The position numbers and the translations under genes are program-made. The notes beneath the pieces were generated by a model that ran no database searches, was not told the origin of the DNA, and saw nothing but the letters and a program-made list of their open reading frames with translations. From Burkholderiales bacterium (lineage in GTDB: Bacteria; Pseudomonadota; Gammaproteobacteria; Burkholderiales; Eutrophovitaceae), in the NCBI GenBank assembly GCA_028379895.1, contig JAOEKQ010000002.1, forward strand, positions 56,620-120,619: a stretch of DNA of 64,000 bases, given 5' to 3'. This document shows positions 9,654-20,417 of this stretch, in pieces; the first letter of the stretch is position 1, and each line of letters starts with the position of its first letter.

Positions 9654-10363
9654 GTTTCTTGGAAACTCATGCGCTGGGAGTAAGGTACGGCGGTATTCGT
9701 GCAGTGAGAGGTGTTGACATAAGTGTTGAAGAAGGTGAAACAGTCGCTTTAATTGGCGCGAATGGCGCAGGCAAGAGCTCTATGCTCAATGCCATAGCTG
9801 GTGTGCTCCCACATACAGGACGCGTGTCTTTTGACAATGAAGACCTCACTAACAGGCCGGTCTTTGATCGTGTAAGGCTTGGTATTTCAATGGTGCCAGA
9901 GGGTAGAGGTGTTTTTGGTCGTTTGACGGTCGAAGAAAATCTCCTTATGGGCGCCTACCTTGGTAACAGTCAGAAGGACCAAGATTTGGACTTGAAACAG
10001 ATGTACGACTTTTTTCCGAGGCTAAAGGAGCGACGGCGTCAAACAGGTGGGACGTTATCGGGCGGTGAGCAGCAAATGTTGGCAATCGGCCGGGCTTTGA
10101 TGTCGAGACCAAAATTACTATTGTTGGATGAGCCCTCGATGGGTTTGGCACCGATTATGGTTGAAAAGATTTTTGAAGTTATTCGAGGTGTATCCAAAAC
10201 AGGAGTTACAATTTTATTAGTCGAGCAAAATGCTCGTTTAGCTCTACAGTCGAGTCAAAGAGCTTACGTGATGGAAAGTGGGGAGTTGTCGATAACTGGT
10301 GAATCCAACGAGTTACTCTACAGCCCGAAAATACGTTCCTCTTATCTGGGCGAGGGTGACTGA
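9650..10363 (+). CDS. livF: Branched-chain amino-acid ABC transporter ATPase LivF/BraG
   Basis: Walker A GANGAGKSS, signature LSGGEQQMLAIGRAL, Walker B LLLLDEPSMGLAP. 4-nt overlap with livG. Confidence 0.92.
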   Translation: MSFLETHALGVRYGGIRAVRGVDISVEEGETVALIGANGAGKSSMLNAIAGVLPHTGRVSFDNEDLTNRPVFDRVRLGISMVPEGRGVFGRLTVEENLLMGAYLGNSQKDQDLDLKQMYDFFPRLKERRRQTGGTLSGGEQQMLAIGRALMSRPKLLLLDEPSMGLAPIMVEKIFEVIRGVSKTGVTILLVEQNARLALQSSQRAYVMESGELSITGESNELLYSPKIRSSYLGEGD

Positions 10364-10408
10364 CTTAAATTTCAGTAATATATGAATATATTGTGTCAAC
10401 TCCTATAT

Positions 10409-11308
10409 CTAGACCCAATCTTTACCAATCAAATATTTTTCATATAGCGCTCTTTCGGCGGTATTGCTATCTGGACGCCAGTTATAACGCCATTTCACCC
10501 GAGGTGGCATAGACATCAAGATTGATTCAGTTCGCCCACCGGATTGAAGTCCGAACAGGGTTCCGCGATCAAACACTAAATTAAATTCTACGTAACGACC
10601 TCGCCTATACGCTTGAAAATCTTTTTCTTTATCGCTAAATGGTATCCCTTGTCGCTTCCTAACAATTGGCATGTAGCCAGCTAAAAAATGTTGACCTACA
10701 CTACGAGTCATTGCAAAGCACGTATCAAAATCAGGTGTTGATAGATCGTCAAAAAATATACCACCAACACCTCTGGGTTCCTGGCGATGTTTTAAATAAA
10801 AGTAGCTATCACACCATTTTTTAAATTTGGGGTGCAGTGCTTTATCAAAAGGGTCGAGTGCGGCCTTACAGGTCTTATGAAAGTGAACACAATCCTCGTC
10901 AAACCCGTAGTATGGGGTTAAGTCCATACCACCGCCAAACCACCAAACTGGCTCTTCAGATTCTTTCGCTGCAAAGAAAAAGCGAACATTCATGTGCACG
11001 GTTGGCACATAAGGATTATTGGGATGTAGTACGACTGAGACGCCCATAGCCTCGAAAGATCGACCTGTTAACTCAGGTCGCGCTGTGGTGGCAGATGGTG
11101 GTAACTGGTCCCCAAAGACATGAGAAAAGTTGACTCCAGCCCGTTCGAACAAGTTACCATCTTCCAAGACTTGGCTAGTACCTCCGCCGCCAGACTCTCG
11201 ATCCCATGTATCGGTAATAAAGGACTTACCATCAAGTTCCTCTATTTCTTGAACAATATTATCTTGAAGTGCTGTGAGAAATTGTTTTACTGAGTCAACT
11301 TCTATCAT
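10409..11308 (-). CDS. hemF: Oxygen-dependent coproporphyrinogen-III oxidase
   Basis: 299 aa. [23 protein letters not shown] and [18 protein letters not shown] are typical HemF blocks. Confidence 0.93.
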   Translation of the reverse strand: MIEVDSVKQFLTALQDNIVQEIEELDGKSFITDTWDRESGGGGTSQVLEDGNLFERAGVNFSHVFGDQLPPSATTARPELTGRSFEAMGVSVVLHPNNPYVPTVHMNVRFFFAAKESEEPVWWFGGGMDLTPYYGFDEDCVHFHKTCKAALDPFDKALHPKFKKWCDSYFYLKHRQEPRGVGGIFFDDLSTPDFDTCFAMTRSVGQHFLAGYMPIVRKRQGIPFSDKEKDFQAYRRGRYVEFNLVFDRGTLFGLQSGGRTESILMSMPPRVKWRYNWRPDSNTAERALYEKYLIGKDWV

Positions 11309-11313
11309 AGCTA

Positions 11314-12582
11314 TTAATTTTTGATTACTCTGTAACCAATATCGGTCCGATATTGTTTATCAGCGAAGGAGATTCGGTTTGAGGCCTCTAGGGCTAACTC
11401 ACGGGCTTGAATTGCGTTATCTCCTATGGCTGTTACACACAAGACTCGGCCACCACTAGTGACGAGTTGATCGTCAATTAGAGCAGTGCCCGCATGAAAT
11501 ACATGCACGTCTGCGTTGTCCTTCGGTGGAATCGTGATGATATCGCCTTTTCGCGGTGACTGAGGATAGCCTTTAGCTGCAAGTACAACACCTAATGCAG
11601 TTCTTTGGTCCCAATTTGGTTCGACTTCGTTTAATGTGCCCGTTAGCGCATGCTCCACCAAAGTGACTAAATCGCTTTTTAGGCGCATCATGATTGGCTG
11701 GGTTTCCGGGTCACCAAGCCGACAATTAAATTCAAGGACTTTCATCGTTTGATCGGGGGCAATCATTAGTCCTGCATATAGAAATCCAATAAAAGGTGTT
11801 CCTGCCTCCTTCATGCCATTAAGGACAGGCTCAATTACATCCTTCATGGCTTTATCATGTAGCTCCGGGGTCACTATCGGAGCTGGTGAGTAAGCACCCA
11901 TACCCCCGGTATTAGGTCCTTTGTCATTATTAAGTAATCTTTTGTGATCTTGGCTCGTCGCAAGTGGAAGAATATGTTCTCCGTCGATCATCACAATAAA
12001 GCTGGCTTCCTCACCTATTAAAAACTCCTCTATGACGACTTTCGCTCCCGCGACACCCATGCCGTTATCTACGAGCATCATATCTACTGCTTCGTGCGCC
12101 TCCTGTTCGGTCATAGCCACAACGACACCTTTGCCGGCTGCTAAGCCATCAGCCTTAACAACGATCGGTGCTCCTTTGGCAGAGATGTATTTGTGGGCTT
12201 CAGTCGGCGCGGTAAATGTGCTGTATTCAGCAGTTGGGATATCATGATCTGCCATGAATTGTTTAGCGAAATCTTTTGAGCTCTCAAGTTGTGCCGCCGC
12301 TGCTACCGGCCCAAAAATCATAAGTTCTCTGGCTTTGAACGCATCAACGATACCCTCGCTTAATGGCGCTTCAGGGCCGACTATAGTCATATCAATTTTT
12401 TCTGAGATCACGAAATCGATTAAATCGTCAATTTCGCTCAAGGGTACGTTTTCTATGCCGTCCTCAAGGGATGTCCCTGCGTTTCCCGGTGATACAAACA
12501 CTTTGCTTGCTCGTGGAGATTGAATAAGGCGCCAGGCAAGTGCATGCTCCCTGCCGCCGCTTCCAATAACGAGGATCTTCAT
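11314..12582 (-). CDS. purD: Phosphoribosylamine-glycine ligase
   Basis: [18 protein letters not shown]-terminus and ATP-grasp body. The track ORF extends 10 codons further upstream (to 12612). I prefer the ATG at 12582, which gives the canonical N-terminus. Confidence 0.93.
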   Translation of the reverse strand: MKILVIGSGGREHALAWRLIQSPRASKVFVSPGNAGTSLEDGIENVPLSEIDDLIDFVISEKIDMTIVGPEAPLSEGIVDAFKARELMIFGPVAAAAQLESSKDFAKQFMADHDIPTAEYSTFTAPTEAHKYISAKGAPIVVKADGLAAGKGVVVAMTEQEAHEAVDMMLVDNGMGVAGAKVVIEEFLIGEEASFIVMIDGEHILPLATSQDHKRLLNNDKGPNTGGMGAYSPAPIVTPELHDKAMKDVIEPVLNGMKEAGTPFIGFLYAGLMIAPDQTMKVLEFNCRLGDPETQPIMMRLKSDLVTLVEHALTGTLNEVEPNWDQRTALGVVLAAKGYPQSPRKGDIITIPPKDNADVHVFHAGTALIDDQLVTSGGRVLCVTAIGDNAIQARELALEASNRISFADKQYRTDIGYRVIKN

Positions 12583-12639
12583 AACGACTTCTTCCCTGTA
12601 TGGAATCGGCAAAGTATGTTTTGAGCGCGATCATTCATC

Positions 12640-14205
12640 TTAGTGTCTGAAGTGACGAGTACCAGTTAAAACCATAGCGATTCCTTGTTCGTTTGCCGCA
12701 GCAATAACTTCGTCATCTCTTACGCTGCCGCCAGGCTGGATAACCGCATTAGCTCCAGCGGTTTTCAGGACATCTAGACCGTCTCGAAATGGAAAAAATG
12801 CATCTGATGCAACGACTGAGTTCGAGAGATTTAGATTTGCATTCTCTGCTTTAATACAGGCTATTCTTGCAGAGTCTACGCGACTCATTTGACCAGCCCC
12901 TACCCCTAAGGTCATACCGTTCCCACAGAATACTATGGCATTAGATTTGACGAATTTCGCTACGCGCCAAGCGAATATTAAATCTGTCATTTGTTTTATA
13001 GAGGGTCTGATTTCTGTGACAATTTTTAGGTCTTCCTCTAATACGTTCTTCGTATCAGAATTTTGCACTAAGACGCCGCCGCCAACACGTTTATAGTCAA
13101 ATTCATTTACGATACGATCTAAGTCTATTTGGAGTAATCGAACATTCTTCTTTTCGGAGAAATAAGTTTTAGCTTCATCAGAAAAGCTCGGCGCTATTAC
13201 CACCTCAACGAACTGGTTGCCAATTGCACAGGCGGCATGTTCATCTACGGCAATATTGAAGGCAATAATGCCACCAAATGCAGAAGTAGGATCAGTGCTA
13301 AAAGCTTTTTGGTATGCCTTCAGTGCATTTTCTCCTATGGCTACTCCACATGGGTTCGCGTGTTTGACAATAACGCAAGCGGGATCGCTAAAACTTTTGA
13401 CGCATTCCCAAGCGGCGTCAGAGTCCGCAATGTTGTTATATGAGAGTTCTTTACCTTGAATTTGATTGTAATTTGCTATTGCTCCGGGAAGGACAGTTAA
13501 GTCTTGATAAAAGGCCGCTTGTTGATGAGGGTTTTCGCCATAGCGAAGGTCTTCGCCTTTACGAAAATTGAGATTTATCTGTTGTGGAAACTTCGTTTGT
13601 TTTCCTCGTATATCTATCGCCGAAAGGTAGTTGCTTACGTTAGAATCGTAAGCCGCAGTGTGCGAGAATGCCTTCCGGCAAAGTGCGAAACGCGTTTCTC
13701 GAGAAAGGCTTCCTGTGGCTGAAGAAGTTAGCTCACTCAGTACCGTGTGGTAGTCCTCTGGGCTAGTAATTACTCCTACATGTTCCCAGTTTTTAGCGGC
13801 TCCTCTGACCATTGACGGTCCGCCTATATCAATATTTTCTATAGCATTTTCAAGAGTGCAGTTTGGCATGGCTACTGTTGAGGCAAAAGGGTACAGATTG
13901 ACGACAACCAGTTCAATTGTCGGTATATCATGTTCTTTTAATGATGCAGCATGTTGCGAGAGGTTACGTCTTGCTAAGATGCCAGCATGGACTTTTGGAT
14001 GGAGTGTCTTTACTCGGCCATCCAACATTTCGGGGAACCCAGTGTAGTCGCCTATTTCGGTTACTGCGATATCCGCTTCCGATAGTGCCTTAGCTGTTCC
14101 GCCGGTGGATAGAATCTTGTAACCAATCTTTTCCAGCGATCGAGCAAATTCGATCACCCCGGTTTTGTCGGAGACACTTATTAGGACTTGTTTTGATGAT
14201 GACAT
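12640..14205 (-). CDS. purH: Bifunctional AICAR formyltransferase / IMP cyclohydrolase
   Basis: 521 aa. N-terminal MGS-like domain ([10 protein letters not shown]...GGTAKAL...[10 protein letters not shown]), C-terminal AICARFT domain ending GTRHFRH. Confidence 0.95.
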   Translation of the reverse strand: MSSSKQVLISVSDKTGVIEFARSLEKIGYKILSTGGTAKALSEADIAVTEIGDYTGFPEMLDGRVKTLHPKVHAGILARRNLSQHAASLKEHDIPTIELVVVNLYPFASTVAMPNCTLENAIENIDIGGPSMVRGAAKNWEHVGVITSPEDYHTVLSELTSSATGSLSRETRFALCRKAFSHTAAYDSNVSNYLSAIDIRGKQTKFPQQINLNFRKGEDLRYGENPHQQAAFYQDLTVLPGAIANYNQIQGKELSYNNIADSDAAWECVKSFSDPACVIVKHANPCGVAIGENALKAYQKAFSTDPTSAFGGIIAFNIAVDEHAACAIGNQFVEVVIAPSFSDEAKTYFSEKKNVRLLQIDLDRIVNEFDYKRVGGGVLVQNSDTKNVLEEDLKIVTEIRPSIKQMTDLIFAWRVAKFVKSNAIVFCGNGMTLGVGAGQMSRVDSARIACIKAENANLNLSNSVVASDAFFPFRDGLDVLKTAGANAVIQPGGSVRDDEVIAAANEQGIAMVLTGTRHFRH

Positions 14206-14236
14206 TTATCGTTTAATAAAGTTGATTTCGTATTGT

Positions 14237-14473
14237 TCAAAGGAATTTAAATTTTTTCATTTTTGCTCTTAGCGTATTGCGGTTAATCCCAAGCATATGC
14301 GCTGCCTCACTCTGATTGCCTTCCGTGCGTTTCAGGATTTCCTCGATTAGCGTTTTTTCGACCGACTCAATCACCATGCCATAGACTCCCTGTGCACCTT
14401 CGCCCGCTAGGTCCTCAAAATAAGTTTCTATTGAATATTTTACAGCGTCCGTAATATCGGATGGTTTGCTCAT
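14237..14473 (-). CDS. fis: DNA-binding protein Fis (short betaproteobacterial-type)
   Basis: 78 aa. C-terminal HTH GNQSEAAHMLGINRNTLRAKMKKF. Immediately downstream of dusB with a 4-nt overlap, the conserved dusB-fis operon. Confidence 0.9.
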   Translation of the reverse strand: MSKPSDITDAVKYSIETYFEDLAGEGAQGVYGMVIESVEKTLIEEILKRTEGNQSEAAHMLGINRNTLRAKMKKFKFL

Positions 14474-15471
14474 GCTGCAATCTCGTCGCTAATCAGATCT
14501 TGGTTAAACGCCACACGATCTAGAAATTCAGTTACTGCACTCATTTGTGTTTTTCCACTTTCGAGTACATTAAATATTGCACGAAATTCTCTTGATTCTG
14601 GAAGATCACTGAGATACCAACTCACATGTTTACGAGCCAGTCGAACAGCTCTTTGTTCTCCGTAAAAGTTATATAGTTCGCCTAGGTGCCCTAGAAGAAT
14701 ATTTTTTTGCTCACTAATTGTTGGAGGTGGCAGCTCTTCATTAGATCTTAGGTAGTGGGCTATTTCTCGAAAAATCCAAGGACTTCCTTGCGCTGCTCGA
14801 CCGATCATGACTGCATCAGCCTGTGTCCACTGAAGTACTTTAAATGCTTTTTTTGGTGAATCTATATCACCGTTAGCAATAATAGGAATTTCGACTGCAG
14901 ATTTGACTTGAGCGATCGTTTCATACTCGGCGATTCCATTAAAAAAATCATTTCTGGTTCTCCCGTGAATTGTGAGAGCTTGTATTCCACAGTCTTGCGC
15001 GATCTTGGCGATTTGTAGTGCATTTTTTGACTCCTCACTCCATCCAGTTCGGATCTTTAAGGTGACTGGAATATCCACCGACGAAACCACAGCTTGGAGT
15101 ATCGAAGCAACGAGCTTTTCGTCTTTCAGCAATGCCGACCCCGCCGCAGCCTTGCACACCTTCTTTGCAGGGCAACCCATATTGATGTCTATTATTTCCG
15201 CTCCTAGCTCCGAGTTAAGTTTAGCCGCTTCTGCCATTTGTGAGGGATTAGTCCCGGCGATTTGTACCGCTATTGGGGCATCTTCACCGCCGTGATTTAG
15301 TCGGAAACGTGTTTTTTTCGAACTCCATAGTTTGGTATTTGATGTAACCATTTCAGAAACAGCGAGTGCCGCACCTAATTTTCTGCAAAGATTTCTAAAA
15401 GGCTGATCGGTCACTCCTGCCATCGGGGCAGCAATTACGGGCGATTCTAATAAGTGAGGGCCGATTTTCAT
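14470..15471 (-). CDS. dusB: tRNA-dihydrouridine synthase B
   Basis: 333 aa. APMAGVTD, DINMGCPAKKV (catalytic Cys) and TIHGRTR motifs of the Dus family. Confidence 0.92.
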   Translation of the reverse strand: MKIGPHLLESPVIAAPMAGVTDQPFRNLCRKLGAALAVSEMVTSNTKLWSSKKTRFRLNHGGEDAPIAVQIAGTNPSQMAEAAKLNSELGAEIIDINMGCPAKKVCKAAAGSALLKDEKLVASILQAVVSSVDIPVTLKIRTGWSEESKNALQIAKIAQDCGIQALTIHGRTRNDFFNGIAEYETIAQVKSAVEIPIIANGDIDSPKKAFKVLQWTQADAVMIGRAAQGSPWIFREIAHYLRSNEELPPPTISEQKNILLGHLGELYNFYGEQRAVRLARKHVSWYLSDLPESREFRAIFNVLESGKTQMSAVTEFLDRVAFNQDLISDEIAA

Positions 15472-15530
15472 AAGGTGTTTTATCTTTTCAATCCTAGATT
15501 TTATAGGATCTAAAGAAATTTACGAAGTAC

Positions 15531-16709
15531 TTATAACTTCGGCCCAAAAATTAATTGTCGAATAATTACTTTCTTTGCAATAGGTATCAAATCTAACCCT
15601 AATAGTCCTAGGCCTCGCACACCTAATATGCTAGATAATTTACTGGAAAAAAGTCGATTAAGCCCTGTGCTGAAGAGAGTTGTTTGAAGTCGATCCCATC
15701 GACGCTTTTTACGATAGTTATTGACCGTATCTTCATTGGCGAGGTTCTCACTTTTGGTGGTGTCGCACACTTCTGCAAGATCCCATGCATCTCGAAGGCC
15801 TAAATTTAGACCTTGAGCTGCTATCGGATGCAGTGCTTGCGAGGCATTTCCGATAATGACAATACCGCCGTCCGAGGGCTGCTCCGCGATACGAGTCGCC
15901 AAACTATATGATCTTTTTTCGCGAATAGAGGTGAATCGCCCACATCGGTCTCCAAAGGCAGTTTGGAAAGCATTTAAAAATCGAATCTCTGGTTGATTCA
16001 ATAAGTCACCGCTCTCAGAACTCGGCACCGACCAAACAAATGCATACTCATTGCCTCGCGGCAAAAGTGCGATAGGTCCTGAATCGGTAAATCTTTCGTA
16101 GGCCATATCGCTAGGCTTGGAATCGCTGGTAATAATTCCCACAATTGCATCGTGACCGTGGTCGACTGTTTTTGTGAGTTTGAGCCCAGCCATATTTAAA
16201 GAGTGTCCGCCATCGGCCATCACGACTAAACGGGCGGCAATCTCCGAGCTAGCACCATTGATATCGAGTGTAATTTTAGAGTGATCATTATGTTTTTCTA
16301 TAGATGTGGCTGAAGCTTGGAAAAGTGTTTTAACTTTTTGCTCGCTTAGCTGTTTTCTGAGCCGAATCAATAGATCTTTAAATCGAACTACAAACCCCAA
16401 TTTAGGTAATTGGACATCTGATGCTGATACTACGCTCTGCCCGAAATGCCCGCGATCTGAGATCTGAATTCTATTAATTGGAAATTGTTCCTCCTTAGAA
16501 GACCAAATATTAAGTCGCTTAAGAATTAGGTAGCTATTCCAGGAGAGCGCCAATGTCCGGCCATCTGGTATTTCGGATTGTTCTGGCTGCACCTCTAAGA
16601 CTGCTGTGGATAATCCAATTTGGTTCATAGCAAGCGCCGCAACACACCCTACAGGCCCCGCACCAATTACTACTACGTCGTAACAAGTCTCTGACATCAT
16701 CCGATTCAA
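15531..16709 (-). CDS. ubiH: FAD-dependent ubiquinone-biosynthesis hydroxylase (UbiH/UbiF/VisC family)
   Basis: 392 aa. Rossmann motif DVVVIGAGPVG, ADGGHS, and the GNASQALHPIAAQGLNLGLRD FAD-binding block. Translationally coupled downstream of pepP as in the pepP-ubiH arrangement. Only one paralog is present here. Confidence 0.8.
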   Translation of the reverse strand: MNRMMSETCYDVVVIGAGPVGCVAALAMNQIGLSTAVLEVQPEQSEIPDGRTLALSWNSYLILKRLNIWSSKEEQFPINRIQISDRGHFGQSVVSASDVQLPKLGFVVRFKDLLIRLRKQLSEQKVKTLFQASATSIEKHNDHSKITLDINGASSEIAARLVVMADGGHSLNMAGLKLTKTVDHGHDAIVGIITSDSKPSDMAYERFTDSGPIALLPRGNEYAFVWSVPSSESGDLLNQPEIRFLNAFQTAFGDRCGRFTSIREKRSYSLATRIAEQPSDGGIVIIGNASQALHPIAAQGLNLGLRDAWDLAEVCDTTKSENLANEDTVNNYRKKRRWDRLQTTLFSTGLNRLFSSKLSSILGVRGLGLLGLDLIPIAKKVIIRQLIFGPKL

Positions 16710-18004
16710 GCTGACATGAGCAACTCGATGTCTTTGATTGTTTTGGGTACCCCAGATGTAATGATTTCACATCCGGAATCATGATTCACGATTGCATCAT
16801 CCTCGATACGGATTCCTATGTTCCAAAATTGCTCTGGTATATCGGGGGCGCTGCGAATGTAACATCCTGGTTCTATAGTCAAAACCATTCCTGGCTCGAG
16901 GTCCCTCCATTGTCCTTGATTTTTATAGTTACCTACATCGTGGACGTCTCTTCCAAGCCAATGTCCGGTTCTGTGCATATAATATTTAGCGTATTCGCGT
17001 TTTTCCAATACTTCGTCGAGAGAGCCATGGCAAAGCTTCAAGTCAATGAACCCTTGCGCGAGGACTTTAGTTGCTGCATGGTGAGGCGCTTGCCAACTAT
17101 TACCGCGAGAGGTGGCTTCGATCGCTGCTCGCTGCGCATCCAACACGAGTTCGTATAGTGCTTTCTGTGGCCCAGAAAACTTACCGTTAACAGGAAAGGT
17201 ACGGGTAATATCGGAAGCATAGCCATCAAGTTCGCACCCAGCGTCGATAAGCAGTAAATCACCATCATTCAGAACGGCATTATTTTCGATATAGTGCAAA
17301 ACACAGGCATTACGTCCCCCTGCAACGATAGAGGTGTAGGCAGGAAACTGGGAACCATTTTTTTTGAAATGGTATAGCAGCTCAGCTTCAATTTCATATT
17401 CGTATTTTCCAGGCGCAGAGGACGTCATTGCGGATATATGAGCCTCAGCTGATATCTTTGCTGCTCGTCGCATAGTATTAAGTTCCTCTGAATCTTTAAT
17501 GAGTCTCATTTCATCGAGTATTTCTCTGACGTCAACGAGACTTGCTGGCGCAACGATACCTTCTCGCGCTCGCGACCTTGTCTTGTTTAACCAACCCATC
17601 ATTCTTTTATCCCAGTTTGGTGCAATTCCAATGGGTGTGAAGATCGTATTTTTATTTTCAATGAGCTGGGGAAGGATTGTATCTATTTCATCAATTTCAA
17701 AAGCATCATCAAAGTGAAAGTGGTTGCTTGCTACTTCGGGGCCATGACGAAAACCATCCCATATTTCTCGTTCTTCATTTTTCGCACGACAAAAGAGAAT
17801 GGATCGAGAAGACTCGCCGCCGATTACGACGACAACGGAATCGGGTTCGTTGAATCCAGTCAGGTAGTGAAAGTAGCTGTCAAACCTATAAGGGAAGTGT
17901 GCATCTTTGTTTCTGATGACCTCAGCAGCGGTCGGAATTATAGCAACCCCAGATTTTATTGCCGTTCCAAGCTCGTGCCGTCTACGTGCAAATTGAGTTT
18001 TCAT
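16706..18004 (-). CDS. pepP: Xaa-Pro aminopeptidase (M24B)
   Basis: 432 aa. LLIDAGCELDGYASDITRTFP, HRTGHWLGRDVHD, LTIEPGCY and IRIEDD metal-ligand blocks. Confidence 0.92.
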   Translation of the reverse strand: MKTQFARRRHELGTAIKSGVAIIPTAAEVIRNKDAHFPYRFDSYFHYLTGFNEPDSVVVVIGGESSRSILFCRAKNEEREIWDGFRHGPEVASNHFHFDDAFEIDEIDTILPQLIENKNTIFTPIGIAPNWDKRMMGWLNKTRSRAREGIVAPASLVDVREILDEMRLIKDSEELNTMRRAAKISAEAHISAMTSSAPGKYEYEIEAELLYHFKKNGSQFPAYTSIVAGGRNACVLHYIENNAVLNDGDLLLIDAGCELDGYASDITRTFPVNGKFSGPQKALYELVLDAQRAAIEATSRGNSWQAPHHAATKVLAQGFIDLKLCHGSLDEVLEKREYAKYYMHRTGHWLGRDVHDVGNYKNQGQWRDLEPGMVLTIEPGCYIRSAPDIPEQFWNIGIRIEDDAIVNHDSGCEIITSGVPKTIKDIELLMSA

Positions 18005-18014
18005 ATCAGTTCGT

Positions 18015-18647
18015 TTAACCTATTTTTTGTTGATCATTTAGTTCTTGTTCCATTAAATCAGCCAATTTCTCGTCCGTACTGGTTCCACGTATCCGAAGAG
18101 TGGCGATTAGTTTCTCAACATCTGAGCTTTGCTTATTCTGGGATAACTTGAATTTAGCATTAACACTTTTAATTTTAGCTTGAAAACAAATTATTCCTTT
18201 AGCTGTGCGCTTGATTAATTCCAAGTATTGCTGTGACTTGTTAAACAGCGAAAAATTCCGATCAAAGTTTTTTGTAAATTTATTGAGCAGTTCAACCGTC
18301 AATTTTTGATCCTCCACCAAAATAACTTCAGCCTTGACTTCAACGACTGCATAATTCCATGTGGGCAAGTGTGGGCTGGTGACGTACCAAGCGGGCGAAA
18401 TATATCCGTGTGGACCTTGGAAGAGAAAAGTTGCAACATTAGATTCTTGGAAATTTCGCCAAATATTGTTTTGCCGAGCAAAGTGGCCCTCCAATTGATG
18501 TTGCTCTTGATTTATTAGAACCGGGATTAGTGCAATCTCCGGGTCCACCGTAGACGCAGCAACCACCGTAGCCAATGGATTTTGTTCAATCACTTGTAAT
18601 GATCGTTTGTAGCTTTTCGATCGAAAATATTTTGGTCGATAGATCAT
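18015..18647 (-). CDS. PaiB-like FMN-binding putative transcriptional regulator
   Basis: 210 aa. Length and N-terminal pattern (YRPKYFR...NPLATVV...LEGHFARQN...F.GPHGYISPAWY) match my recollection of the PaiB/split-barrel family. Not verified by search. Confidence 0.6.
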   Translation of the reverse strand: MIYRPKYFRSKSYKRSLQVIEQNPLATVVAASTVDPEIALIPVLINQEQHQLEGHFARQNNIWRNFQESNVATFLFQGPHGYISPAWYVTSPHLPTWNYAVVEVKAEVILVEDQKLTVELLNKFTKNFDRNFSLFNKSQQYLELIKRTAKGIICFQAKIKSVNAKFKLSQNKQSSDVEKLIATLRIRGTSTDEKLADLMEQELNDQQKIG

Positions 18648-19327
18648 TGATTACGTGCCGACACAATTCGATCGATTTGCTCTAGCCGCTCCGGAGTACC
18701 CGCATCCGACCAAAATTCTGTTACGAGCTCTCCTAACATCCGGTTACGTTTAATTTCACAGTTGAGGATGGGCGCAAGCGCAATTGATGTGTTTTCGGAT
18801 ATCCCAGTAAAAATCGACGCTCGGTAGATGCCAATTCCGCTAAAGGTCAGTTTTTTTTCTCCACCAGATATTAGCGATTTATCGGCTAGATGAAAGTCAC
18901 CATCTAAGTTGTGTTCTGGATTGGGAACCATAAAAAGATACCCTGTTCGTTCTGAGTTAATTTTTAATGTGTGTGTTGCTTCGGCCAAACGTTGAAACGG
19001 AAGCTCAGAGTATATGTCAGCATTAATGACTGGGAAGATATCGCGTTTGATGTACTTTAACGCATTAGCGATACCCCCGGCCGTCTCAAGCGGAGTCTTT
19101 TCCTCTGAGATCACAATGTCTAGTCCCAAGTTATGTTGATTAGCGATAAATTGTTTAATTTGAGTCGCTAGATGACTTACATTAATGACGATTCGACTAA
19201 ACCCAGCTTCACGTAATTTATCGATGTGATACTGAATGAGTGGGGTGCCATTTACTTTCAGAAGGGCTTTTGGATATTTTTCTCCTAACTCACCCATTCG
19301 TGTTCCTCGTCCTGCTGCGAGGATCAT
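18644..19327 (-). CDS. murU: N-acetylmuramate alpha-1-phosphate uridylyltransferase-like nucleotidyltransferase (MurU)
   Basis: Nucleotidyltransferase signature MILAAGRGTRMGEL..KALL. It lies directly downstream of the AmgK-like kinase and beside lptD-surA, as amgK-murU does in Pseudomonas. The track ORF runs to 19375 (32-nt overlap with amgK); ATG 19327 gives the canonical N-terminus. Start is uncertain. Confidence 0.75.
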   Translation of the reverse strand: MILAAGRGTRMGELGEKYPKALLKVNGTPLIQYHIDKLREAGFSRIVINVSHLATQIKQFIANQHNLGLDIVISEEKTPLETAGGIANALKYIKRDIFPVINADIYSELPFQRLAEATHTLKINSERTGYLFMVPNPEHNLDGDFHLADKSLISGGEKKLTFSGIGIYRASIFTGISENTSIALAPILNCEIKRNRMLGELVTEFWSDAGTPERLEQIDRIVSARNQ

Positions 19328-19343
19328 TGCAGTGCGTTCGTGA

Positions 19344-20381
19344 TTACCCACCATCAGCGTAAAAGGTATGCCCAACTTTTGGGGCTTTACCCTCTAGTTG
19401 GTCAATAATCTTCAATAGAGGTTTCAGAACGCCATATCGTTGAGCTACATTTCGAACATAAGTCAAAAATCGGGGCGCATCTTCAATGTAATGATGCTTA
19501 CCATCTCTATATTTCAGCCTGGAAAATATCCCCAGCACTTTAAGATGTCGGTGCAAACCCATCCATTCGACATCTGTGTAAAAGTCTCCAAAATCGGCGG
19601 GGACGGGTAAGGATGCTTTACGTGCTTTTTCCCAATAACGAATAGTCCAATCAATTATTTGTTCTTCTTCCCAGCTAATAAAAGCATCTTTAAATAACGA
19701 GATCACATCGTAACTTATCGGACCTATTATGGCATCTTGAAAATCTAAAATACCAGGATTGTCATTACAGACCATCAGGTTTCTCGGCATAAAATCTCGA
19801 TGTACTAGAACTTCGGATTGGCTTGCACATCGCGTTGTGATGAGCTTCAGGATGTCTTGCAAGGATTGTTGGGTTGCAGTGTCAAGTATTATATTTAAAT
19901 GTTTTTGGATATACCAATCGCTAAACAATGTGAGTTCATGATTCATAAGGTCGGCGCTGTACCTATGCAATTCACTTACTTCCCCGATTGTTTGGATTTT
20001 TATGAGCGCGGTCGTAGCGTCATTAAATAACTGATCTGCATTTTCCTTTCTAAGTGCTTTCAGGTAGGTTTGGTCGCCTAGGTCGGATAAAAGCAGCAAT
20101 CCGTCTTGAAAATTAGAATGCGCAATAGTCGGAACGTTGATTTTCTTTGAAGCCAATAAATCGGCTATTAAAGCGAATTGCTGATTATCGTTATGAGCGG
20201 TGGGAGCATCCATTAACACGAGAGGGCTCTCATTGGCCGAAGTGATTCTAAAGTATCGCCGCGCTCCCGCGTCTGCTGCTAGGTCGGTTAAGGTAAAATC
20301 ATGTCCTTCGAGTACTAAATGCAACCAATTGTTAATAAGCTCAAGTCTGGATGATTCGAAAATTGTCTTATTTATTGTCAT
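19344..20381 (-). CDS. amgK: Anomeric MurNAc/GlcNAc kinase-like phosphotransferase (AmgK, APH fold)
   Basis: 345 aa. Aminoglycoside-phosphotransferase/choline-kinase-like catalytic loop LVHRDFMPRNLMV and ILDFQDA. Conserved position divergent from lptD. Confidence 0.75.
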   Translation of the reverse strand: MTINKTIFESSRLELINNWLHLVLEGHDFTLTDLAADAGARRYFRITSANESPLVLMDAPTAHNDNQQFALIADLLASKKINVPTIAHSNFQDGLLLLSDLGDQTYLKALRKENADQLFNDATTALIKIQTIGEVSELHRYSADLMNHELTLFSDWYIQKHLNIILDTATQQSLQDILKLITTRCASQSEVLVHRDFMPRNLMVCNDNPGILDFQDAIIGPISYDVISLFKDAFISWEEEQIIDWTIRYWEKARKASLPVPADFGDFYTDVEWMGLHRHLKVLGIFSRLKYRDGKHHYIEDAPRFLTYVRNVAQRYGVLKPLLKIIDQLEGKAPKVGHTFYADGG

Positions 20382-20417
20382 GATTTGAGCATTAAACTTA
20401 TTTTTACGAATAATTTG

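Noticed and set aside
14206-14236. Possible ZTP (pfl) riboswitch upstream of purH
   Set aside because: The spacer is only 31 nt between fis and purH, too short for the motif. purH is evidently co-transcribed with dusB-fis.
17714-18151. 145-aa plus-strand ORF spanning the pepP / PaiB-like junction
   Set aside because: It is antisense to two convincing minus-strand genes. The sequence is low in information and no family is recognised.
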